A stretch of DNA of 64,000 nucleotides from Sulfuriferula sp. (GTDB taxonomy: Bacteria > Pseudomonadota > Gammaproteobacteria > Burkholderiales > Sulfuriferulaceae): the NCBI GenBank assembly GCA_041651255.1, contig JBAZJP010000005.1, forward strand, positions 24,405-88,404. The letters are read 5' to 3'. The notes under the pieces were generated by a model. It worked only from the letters and a program-made list of their open reading frames with translations, searched no databases and was not told where the DNA came from. Each line of letters starts with the position of its first letter. Position 1 is the stretch's first letter. This document shows, in pieces, positions 30,198 through 38,239 of the stretch. A program made the position numbers and the translations under genes.

Positions 30198-31349
30198 TTA
30201 ATCCTGATGTTCGCGTATACCTGCGAATAACATGGTCAGCACACCCCAGACTATCATGCCAAGTATGAAAGTGGCGATGATGCTGCGTATGCGTCGTGGT
30301 TCCATTGCTTTATCTGGTTTGCTTGGTTGCACAATACGCTCCAGGTAAAACTGTTTGCGCTGAGCCTCGTTGCGTGCCTGTTCGAGCGACGCAAAAGCAG
30401 TAGCGAGTTGTTTATCTGCGAACATGCTTTCCAACTTGAGACGCTCATAGTCAGCAGCTTTGTTGGACAGGGAGTTGCCCGCGCCTGCGACTTTGGCAGT
30501 CTCGGTAGCAATGTCGGCTTCCAATGAGGCTACATGGCGTCTCAAAGCTGGTATTTGCGGGTTGTCGCGGGTGAGGCTTATTATCTGGCTGAGTTGATTT
30601 TTGGTGGAAATCAAATCGTCTTGCAGCTTGGAAATGAGTTGTAGTTGTAATGCGGATTGGCCAGTAGGGTCGAATATGCTTTTCTGATCACGGTAACGCG
30701 ATACGGCCAGAGCGGCGGCTTTGGCTTTTTGTTCGGCGGTAGCAACCTCTGCAGCAGCAAAGCGTATCATGTCCTGGCGACCACGTTCATTAAGTTGGTT
30801 GACAAGCTTTTCGCTCATTTCCAGCAGGCTTGCATTGATATGGTAAGCATCTTCGCTGGTAAACGCTTTAACGGTGAGCGTGGAGATGGATGACGCAGTA
30901 TCTGCATCGACGGTTACGTGTTTTTCATAATAACGCAACAGTGCTTCAAAGCTGGTGTCCCAGCCTAACCCACCGAAGCGGCTAAATATATCAATTTTGT
31001 TGCTGCTGTAAGCTTGACCGAGTTTGTATTGGTTCTCTAGCTGTTGCAGTGCGTCACGTGAAAGGATGAAGTCATGTACAGCAAAGCTGTCATCTTGTGC
31101 ACGTGAGAACCCCGCACCTTGCAGCAATGCACCCAAGCCCGAAGCGCTTTGTTTATCAGGGCTACGCACCACAAAACGTGATTCAGAGATATAAACGTCG
31201 GAAGCGATAAGGCCGAAATAGAGGATGGATAACAGCGTGGGAATGGCGACAGTAAACAGAAATAAGCGATTTATGCCCTTAATGCGCTGGATTAAATTGG
31301 GCTTGGTGTGCTGGATGTCGTTTGCTGCTGTGATTGTTGCGTTATCCAA
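30198..31349 (-). CDS. wcbD: Capsule export inner-membrane adaptor KpsE/WcbD/BexC
   Basis: N- and C-terminal TM helices, YISESRFVVRS, LSRDAL, EQARNEAQRKQFYL, P-x-KPD-x3-EP-x-R. TTG start with AGGAA RBS. Confidence 0.92.
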   Translation of the reverse strand: MDNATITAANDIQHTKPNLIQRIKGINRLFLFTVAIPTLLSILYFGLIASDVYISESRFVVRSPDKQSASGLGALLQGAGFSRAQDDSFAVHDFILSRDALQQLENQYKLGQAYSSNKIDIFSRFGGLGWDTSFEALLRYYEKHVTVDADTASSISTLTVKAFTSEDAYHINASLLEMSEKLVNQLNERGRQDMIRFAAAEVATAEQKAKAAALAVSRYRDQKSIFDPTGQSALQLQLISKLQDDLISTKNQLSQIISLTRDNPQIPALRRHVASLEADIATETAKVAGAGNSLSNKAADYERLKLESMFADKQLATAFASLEQARNEAQRKQFYLERIVQPSKPDKAMEPRRIRSIIATFILGMIVWGVLTMLFAGIREHQD

Positions 31350-31466
31350 AGTAATTCCTAGTGTATTAAGTATGCGTTGTTGCGCAAGAATGTTCGTTAG
31401 TATAACGCAGGATTGTTACAATTTGCTGAGTTAGGTAAGGTGGTATATACATGTTAATCGTGTTTA

Positions 31467-33089
31467 TCAGTCTGGCTCAGAGGATGTCTGGGCTCCTGCA
31501 TTGTTGGGTTCGACAATAATATGGATAACTGTAGGTTTAAAGTCGTTACTCATGACGTCAAACCAGCCGATTGTTTCTTGAACTAGTGTTAAAGTCAGAG
31601 CGTAATGACCCGGCAAGGCGGGTGCGTTAATAAGCATCGATGTGGTGGCTGTCTGACCAGCGCGGATGCCGCCATGTGGCAGGGCAGAGCGTTCTCCTTC
31701 TAATATGGTATTGCCATTTTGAGCCCAGCGAAAAGCTATGTTGACTGGGCGGTAAACATCGCCTACCCAATGCTGTTTACCACAGTTCGCAATCACCACT
31801 TCTACAGTCATGGTCTGGTTGCATTGCATTGCTGGGATTGAATCGGTTGTAAAGATGCTGCCTTGAGGAGCTGCGATAATGCGGGCATCATCAGCATCAT
31901 GTGTGGGTAGCAAAGACAGTTCAGTTGGCAAATAAGCGTATCCGGCAAATTGTTGTTCAATAAGGCGGCGCACATGGAATTCACAGGCAACATCGCTCCA
32001 GGCCAATTCATTGATGCCTTCGGCTAAGCGCTCCGTGAAAGAAAACCCGGCGGTATATCGACCTGTTGGTAAATCCGCAATCAGGTAATAGCGTGCAGAG
32101 TATGAACCTGTTTCCACATTTTCATGGATTTGTTTAAGTAATATATTGTTTGTGCCGAATGCCCAGCGTTTCTCGTCATCGAAGATATGTATCCCCATCC
32201 CAAGTCCGGTTATATCTCGGCTCAGGAAGAAATCCACGGTAAATGTCATGACCTGGCCGTATTCAATAACAGCTCCATCTTGCAGTTCTGCCTTACTGAT
32301 GATCAGGTCAGGGGTGGTAAGCAGGCGGTTTCCACTCTGGCGTTCATATTTTTGCCATTGCGGCAAAGTCAGTTGTGGTGGGATAACGACCCGTTGCCAA
32401 GACGCCACTGTCTTATACAGTTGTAAATCAAGCTGATTGAGTTCGATGAGCCGCTTTTTCAATCCTTTTTTGATTTTTGACAGGCTTGGGCGTGCCGGTG
32501 TGACCCTGTGCCTGGCGACTTCGCTGGTTGGTGGGCTGCCAATTAGCTTGCCAAACTCATAGATGAAAGCAAGCATGTCTTCCTGCAACCCTATCAGGTC
32601 GTATTGGGCAAGTACTTTCAGGCAATGTGCTACGGAGAGCCGATTTTCCGTATTGTCTGTTGCCCCAATGCGAGAAAAGTGATTGACATAAAGGTTGGAA
32701 ATATTTGGTATCAGATCGTTATCCAGTTCCTGCCCATCGCTTTCCAGTAGTCGGGAAACTGACTGATATAACTTGGTATCCTGTTGGTTTTTGTATTCAT
32801 CCAGTACATAATAAAGCCAGGAAACGGCGCGATCTATAGGGTCACGCAGGCAGGTGACATAGGTGTAGCGAGGATCCAGCATATCACCCATATCGAAATC
32901 CATATGAGCACTGATGACGGAATATGTGCCACCGTATTGGGAAATAAGCTTGCGATGCAACCCATTGACTTGAGGCGAGACGCAGCCAGTTCCCAGCACG
33001 CTTGTCAGCCACGTAGCAGTTGCTGTACCCGCAGTTTTAGGCAGGTGGTCAAATAGTATTCGTCCTGGAAATGCCAGTGTTTTGTTCAT
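31467..33089 (-). CDS. Sulfotransferase-fold protein fused to a Wzt C-terminal-like domain and a second beta-sandwich
   Basis: DHLPKTAGT, TCLRDPIDRAVSW. Middle domain VIEYGQVMTFTVDF..GIHIFDD..AFGTNN..LPTGRY..EFHV. Last module FRW..GERSALP..PGHY..VQE..WFD. Confidence 0.75.
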   Translation of the reverse strand: MNKTLAFPGRILFDHLPKTAGTATATWLTSVLGTGCVSPQVNGLHRKLISQYGGTYSVISAHMDFDMGDMLDPRYTYVTCLRDPIDRAVSWLYYVLDEYKNQQDTKLYQSVSRLLESDGQELDNDLIPNISNLYVNHFSRIGATDNTENRLSVAHCLKVLAQYDLIGLQEDMLAFIYEFGKLIGSPPTSEVARHRVTPARPSLSKIKKGLKKRLIELNQLDLQLYKTVASWQRVVIPPQLTLPQWQKYERQSGNRLLTTPDLIISKAELQDGAVIEYGQVMTFTVDFFLSRDITGLGMGIHIFDDEKRWAFGTNNILLKQIHENVETGSYSARYYLIADLPTGRYTAGFSFTERLAEGINELAWSDVACEFHVRRLIEQQFAGYAYLPTELSLLPTHDADDARIIAAPQGSIFTTDSIPAMQCNQTMTVEVVIANCGKQHWVGDVYRPVNIAFRWAQNGNTILEGERSALPHGGIRAGQTATTSMLINAPALPGHYALTLTLVQETIGWFDVMSNDFKPTVIHIIVEPNNAGAQTSSEPD

Positions 33090-33134
33090 ATTTTAAGTTT
33101 AATATCGTCGATATTTTCTGAGTGAATTTAGATA

Positions 33135-34430
33135 TTAACTAATCAGCCCGAGTGGTGCAGTAATGGCTTCCATGACAGCTGGATCGCCACGCGCTCCCCA
33201 GCGTTTTAGTGTGCTGGAGAATACGCTGGCAGCAGTACCTACGACATTCGATCGATCTATTCTATGCTTCATGTTCATAATGCGTGTTGCATAATCATCA
33301 GCCCGGAACGTTTTTAGTGCATAGTTGCGAGCTAAATTGCCAATTGTGTGCCGTTCATCCGGTAATGCGGTCAGTCTTTCCAGTGCGGTTCGCAAATCGG
33401 TCAGTTCTGTTTCTGGGGATACTTTTAATACACAATCATCAGGCAGGTCGAGGTAGAAACCCGTGTTCGTAACTACGGTAGGTTTACTATACAGCATGGC
33501 TTCAATGGTCGATGCAGATGCCGCTTCCAGAGCTGGCCAGCGCAAGCAGCACATGAGATCGGCGCGGTGAATTTCTTCAGCCAGGCATTCATCGTTCACT
33601 GCACCGGTGATTGTTATGTCGACTTGCAGCTGGTCGGCAAGTGATTGCAGTTCTTCTGCCATGGCGGGTTCGATGGCGCCAACTATGCGATAAGTTAAAT
33701 CCGAGCATAGCTCAGGACTCGATCCGATCGCTTTTATTACACTTGTATAACGCTTGTTGTGGTTAACATGTCCAATCGTTAGTGCTACGGTTCGTTCATG
33801 ACTCACTGACTGATTCTTCATGTCGGTGTGTTCAGCAAAGGGTGCGTCGTAGGGGAGCGCAACAACCTCAACCGGTCCGGGACAGGCATGAGCGATTCGA
33901 TCCATTGCCCAGCTTGAATGCACAATCACAGCGCTGGACATCGCCGCTATCCATTCAGTCATCGGCGCAGCCGTGCTGGCATATTCGATAAATGATGAAG
34001 AATCCGAATGATTAAAAAAACGCTCGGACACTTCAGTGCCGTATAGCGCTGCAAGCACTTCTAATGCATGCGGTCGTCCGACGGTTTCAGACCAGGCCCA
34101 AAATAAATGGCCTAGAAAATTATCATGCAACGAAACTAATCCGGGGAGTTGGGGCAGCCATTCCAAGCAGCCACGATGATAAGCGTAGTAGTTACCTATC
34201 TGATACACAATCAGATCAGATTGCTCTGCTTGCAGGCGAACCTGTTCGGTGTTATTCCAGTGCTCTATCTGGCATGAGAACGGATGGGTCGGGCTGTCGA
34301 AGCACGAGGGTTCTTCTGCGCGTACGATGACAACTTCGTGTCCTCGCTGCTGCAACTCGTAAACGATGAGTTTGGATACCCTGCCGATTGCAGAAGTGAG
34401 TACTATTGGGGTAAAAAACAGTATTTTCAT
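33135..34430 (-). CDS. GT4-like glycosyltransferase
   Basis: SAIGR, YQIGN-x3-H, IGHVNHNKR, LRWPALEAASASTIEAM. Confidence 0.75.
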   Translation of the reverse strand: MKILFFTPIVLTSAIGRVSKLIVYELQQRGHEVVIVRAEEPSCFDSPTHPFSCQIEHWNNTEQVRLQAEQSDLIVYQIGNYYAYHRGCLEWLPQLPGLVSLHDNFLGHLFWAWSETVGRPHALEVLAALYGTEVSERFFNHSDSSSFIEYASTAAPMTEWIAAMSSAVIVHSSWAMDRIAHACPGPVEVVALPYDAPFAEHTDMKNQSVSHERTVALTIGHVNHNKRYTSVIKAIGSSPELCSDLTYRIVGAIEPAMAEELQSLADQLQVDITITGAVNDECLAEEIHRADLMCCLRWPALEAASASTIEAMLYSKPTVVTNTGFYLDLPDDCVLKVSPETELTDLRTALERLTALPDERHTIGNLARNYALKTFRADDYATRIMNMKHRIDRSNVVGTAASVFSSTLKRWGARGDPAVMEAITAPLGLIS

Positions 34431-35464
34431 GTGAGCAATCTTTCAATGGTGGCGGGCCATGAGATTTCCATATCGTTCCATAATTTGTACGCGGCACGTC
34501 CCATGGCTCGCACCTCGGCAGTATCACGACAAGCCTGATTTAATGCGGTTGCCAATGAATCCGGGTTAGGTTCGGCAACCCAGCCGGTTTCTCCGTGTTT
34601 CACTAATCCCAGGACCCCGCCGCTATCAGATGAGGAAATAATCGGCTTGCTGGCTGTGGCTGCTTCCATTGCGACATAGCCGAGTGAGTCCTCGTCAAAT
34701 GGCAAATAAGCACAGGCATTAGCTTCATTGGCATAGCGTGCCAGTTCTTCTCTGCTCAGAAATCTAAGATCGAGTTTAACTTTATCCTGCAAGCCATGCT
34801 GCTCAACCAGGCGCTGGAGCCGTAAAGCATCCTCTGGTTTTTCTGGCGGGCCGGCCACAATCAGGCGCACATGTGAGGCGGTTTGTGCCATCGCTTCAAT
34901 CAGCAGGTGCTGACGTTTCATACCGTTGACGCGCCCGCCAGCAAATACATAGCCTTGCGATGTTCCGCCGGTGAATAGCTCGGGATCATTCAAAGGCGGT
35001 AGTAGTACTTCGGCCTCAAAGCCATTGTATTTGGCCAGTCGCGATTTTGTGACGTCGGAATTGGTAAAGATACGACGTGTTTCGCCAAAGGCTTCATTAT
35101 CCGCATTGCGAATAATGGTTCGCACTTCATCACCGGCGGCACCGGCTGGAATGTTGGACTGTCCCGCATCGAACAGATCGTAGGCCTGACGATACTGGTG
35201 TAGTAACCATAGGGTTTTGTGCGGGTGGCGAATCAAATAGGCGGGAAATTTCAGGGCAATGACGCGATCCACGTTGCGTACTTCCATTGCTCGAGCCATC
35301 AGCATCTGGGCAGGAATGCCCTTCGCTGGCTCCCATTGAAAGGGGATGCGTAGTATTTCGGCTTCATGGCCAGCAATGATGAGATTTTTTTCTAGATGCA
35401 CCGCTAATTCTTCGGCGCCGCCCCAGATAAAAGGTGCCATGTTGTTAACAATGAGTATCTTCAT
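34427..35464 (-). CDS. GT4 glycosyltransferase
   Basis: GGAE, GRVNGMKRQHL, EDSLGYVAMEA. Paralog of 35461..36498. Confidence 0.85.
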   Translation of the reverse strand: MKILIVNNMAPFIWGGAEELAVHLEKNLIIAGHEAEILRIPFQWEPAKGIPAQMLMARAMEVRNVDRVIALKFPAYLIRHPHKTLWLLHQYRQAYDLFDAGQSNIPAGAAGDEVRTIIRNADNEAFGETRRIFTNSDVTKSRLAKYNGFEAEVLLPPLNDPELFTGGTSQGYVFAGGRVNGMKRQHLLIEAMAQTASHVRLIVAGPPEKPEDALRLQRLVEQHGLQDKVKLDLRFLSREELARYANEANACAYLPFDEDSLGYVAMEAATASKPIISSSDSGGVLGLVKHGETGWVAEPNPDSLATALNQACRDTAEVRAMGRAAYKLWNDMEISWPATIERLLT

Positions 35465-36498
35465 GCAAGTAACTGTTCTAATACATGCGGCCAGGAAATG
35501 TTCAATTCGATGATGCGTTGCGCAGCATTGAGCCCCATCTGCTGGGTATTGGCGCGATTGAGAAAAAGTTGATCCATCGCCTCAGCCAGTGCTTCAGGTT
35601 TGGGAGCGGCAATTAATCCGTTATAGCCATGTTTTACCAATTCGGTCACACCACCCGCGTCGGTAGTGGTAAGGATAGGCTTGGATGAATGACTGGCTTC
35701 CAGGGATGGGTATCCATAGGAATCTTCGTCGAGCGGCAGATAGGCCGCAGCCAGGCATTCTGACAGAATTTGTATTTTTTCCTCCTCGGGTATCCATTTG
35801 CTCTCGAAGTGAACACGATCTTCGAGTTTGGATGCCGCAATCAACTCCTGGAGTTCTTGAGTATAGGCGTCGCTATCACTTTTACCGCAAATACGCAGCT
35901 TAACGTTTGTGCGAGTATGGCGCAGCGCTTCAATCAATAAATGCTGGCGTTTATGATGGACGATTCTGCATATGTAAACGATTTCATCATTAAAGTGCTG
36001 GTTGTGGAAACGTTCCGGTTGAATGACAGGCGGATACAGTACCTTACTGCCGACATTGTTAAAACGTTGTAATCTGTCTGAAACTACGTGTGAATTGGTG
36101 AAAACTTGTTTCGCTTCGCCTAAAGCGGCCGTGTCGGCACGATGCAGTACATCACGAAGATTTTGATGTTTTTCATCATCGTTGAAGCATCTGTATGGAG
36201 TATCCCACAGATCGTAAAAGACTCGAATATGATGAATGAACCACAGTATTTTATGTGGATGAGGAATGACGTGAGCCGGGGGGCGAAAGCATATTATCCT
36301 GTCTGCAGATGCAGTTAGGTCGACCCATCGATAGGCCGCCATTTGCGATAACAGTAAATCGGGCTCGTCAGAATGCGGTAAATAGATGCGCTCTACCTGG
36401 TGCCCGGCTTTGAGTAGTTCGATTTGTAGCCAGTCTACGATATTGCGGTATCCTCCATTAATGAAGGGTACAGCTGAAGAACAAAGGGCGATCTTCAT
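35461..36498 (-). CDS. GT4 glycosyltransferase
   Basis: CRIVHHKRQHL, EDSYGYPSLEA. Paralog of 34427..35464 with the same length (345 aa). Confidence 0.85.
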   Translation of the reverse strand: MKIALCSSAVPFINGGYRNIVDWLQIELLKAGHQVERIYLPHSDEPDLLLSQMAAYRWVDLTASADRIICFRPPAHVIPHPHKILWFIHHIRVFYDLWDTPYRCFNDDEKHQNLRDVLHRADTAALGEAKQVFTNSHVVSDRLQRFNNVGSKVLYPPVIQPERFHNQHFNDEIVYICRIVHHKRQHLLIEALRHTRTNVKLRICGKSDSDAYTQELQELIAASKLEDRVHFESKWIPEEEKIQILSECLAAAYLPLDEDSYGYPSLEASHSSKPILTTTDAGGVTELVKHGYNGLIAAPKPEALAEAMDQLFLNRANTQQMGLNAAQRIIELNISWPHVLEQLLA

Positions 36499-37610
36499 GG
36501 CAGGGAAGTTGCCTTATCGAGGGCGTGCGCAATGTGTAAAACATCGTCTCGCGTTAGCATTTGATGTGTGGGAAGATTAATGCCACGCTGCGCCCATAAG
36601 TCGGCTATTGGGAAAGTGCTTGGTTGTGCGTAAGGGGGCAGGATATGCATGGGATAGAACACCGGCCTGGTCTCAATGCCAACTTCATCGAGCTCTCGCA
36701 TCACTGCATCACGTCGTACTTCGTCACCCTCGCGCAGAAAAATATTGTACATCCAGTAAGTTTGCTTGGCCCATTGGGCCTGAGTGGGTAACTGAATACG
36801 GTCAGCCAGTGGAGCCAAAGCTTCGTCGTACCAACCGGCCAGGCGTTCGCGATCAGAAAGCGCCTGGTCAATATTTTCCAGCTGAGCCAGACCAATGGCG
36901 GCCTGAATGTTGGTCATGCGGTAATTGTAGCCAACGACAGGAAACCAGTAACGGCGATCCGGATCCATGCCCTGCCCACGATACAAACGTAGTTTGGCGG
37001 CCAGTTCGTCGTCATTGGTTGTGACCATGCCGCCTTCACCCGTGGTGATAATCTTGTTACCAAAGAAGCTGAAAATGGCGCATTGTCCGAGCGTACCTAC
37101 TTTCTGTCCAAGGTATTCGGCACCATGCGCCTCTGCTGCATCCTCCAGTACGAATAATCCGTGAGATCTGGCGAATTCAAGAATAGGTTTCATTTCAGCC
37201 GGATGTCCATAGAGGTGGACCGGGATGATTCCTTTGGTTTTGGGCGTAAGGTGTCTTGCCATATCCACCGGGTCGATATTCATGGTGCCCGGACATACAT
37301 CGACCAATACGGGTGTGGCACCGCAGTAACGCACTGCATTGGCGGTGGCAATGTACGTTACGGTCGGGATGAGAACCTCATCGCCTGGCTGCAGCCCCAT
37401 AGCCACCAGTGCCAAGTGCAATGCGGTAGTGCCATTGTTTGTGGCGATGGCGTGTTTGACACCACAAAACTGGGCGAAAGATTCCTCGAAAGCGGTGATG
37501 TATTTGCCTTTAGAGGAGATCCAGGTGCTGTCGATACAGTCCAGGACGTACTCTCGTTCCTTGCCTGATAGTTTGGGTTCTGCTACTGAAATTCGTGGTG
37601 TACTCATCAT
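36495..37610 (-). CDS. per: GDP-perosamine synthase (Per/RfbE-like aminotransferase)
   Basis: P-x-LSGKEREYVLDCIDSTWISSKG, EDAAEAHG, FSFFGNKIITTGEGG, GYNYRMTN-x-QAAIG. gmd present in the window. Confidence 0.82.
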   Translation of the reverse strand: MMSTPRISVAEPKLSGKEREYVLDCIDSTWISSKGKYITAFEESFAQFCGVKHAIATNNGTTALHLALVAMGLQPGDEVLIPTVTYIATANAVRYCGATPVLVDVCPGTMNIDPVDMARHLTPKTKGIIPVHLYGHPAEMKPILEFARSHGLFVLEDAAEAHGAEYLGQKVGTLGQCAIFSFFGNKIITTGEGGMVTTNDDELAAKLRLYRGQGMDPDRRYWFPVVGYNYRMTNIQAAIGLAQLENIDQALSDRERLAGWYDEALAPLADRIQLPTQAQWAKQTYWMYNIFLREGDEVRRDAVMRELDEVGIETRPVFYPMHILPPYAQPSTFPIADLWAQRGINLPTHQMLTRDDVLHIAHALDKATSLP

Positions 37611-38239
37611 TGCTCTTTACGGAAAATTCTGGCCGGATGGCCGAGTGCTGTAGTTGAAGAAGGGATGTCGGAAATCACGACCCCGCCGGCGCCTATCATT
37701 GTGTTGTCACCAATCGTTATATCCGGAATCACAGTGGTGCTGATACCGAGAAATGCTCTCTGACCCACGGTTACATTGCCGGCAAGTGCGCACTGCGGTG
37801 CTATGTGAGCACAGAACCCAATGCGGCAATCGTGGTCGACAGTAGCACCTGTGTTGATGATCGCCAGGTCTTCGATATGGCTTTCAGCGTTGATTATTGC
37901 GCCACTCATGATTGCTATGCCTTTGCCTAGCACGACGGACGGGGAAATGATTGCAAATGGGCTGATGGCATTGACAAGTTCGAATCCGAGGGTTACAGCG
38001 TGGGCAGTTGCGCGCTCGCGGATGCGGTTTGACCCGATGGCAGGAAAGAGCAGGCTATTTCCGGCTTCACGCAGCTTAATTAGCTGTTCATCTCCCTGTA
38101 GAACGGGTACGTCCAGACATGTAGCAGGGCTGTCTTCGCCACCGACACAGTAGTTAACCTGATAACCCGCTGCGCGTAGTATCTCAATGACGACTTTGGC
38201 ATGACCGCCCCCACCTAAAACGACCACGGAATTTTTCAT
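37607..38239 (-). CDS. Sugar N-acetyltransferase, PerB/PglD/NeuD family (left-handed beta-helix)
   Basis: LGGGGHAKV, AIG-x-N-x2-R, hexapeptide repeats, VDHDC, G-x-PAR. Preferred start ATG 38239 with AGGAGG RBS and ATGA overlap. Confidence 0.88.
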   Translation of the reverse strand: MKNSVVVLGGGGHAKVVIEILRAAGYQVNYCVGGEDSPATCLDVPVLQGDEQLIKLREAGNSLLFPAIGSNRIRERATAHAVTLGFELVNAISPFAIISPSVVLGKGIAIMSGAIINAESHIEDLAIINTGATVDHDCRIGFCAHIAPQCALAGNVTVGQRAFLGISTTVIPDITIGDNTMIGAGGVVISDIPSSTTALGHPARIFRKEQ

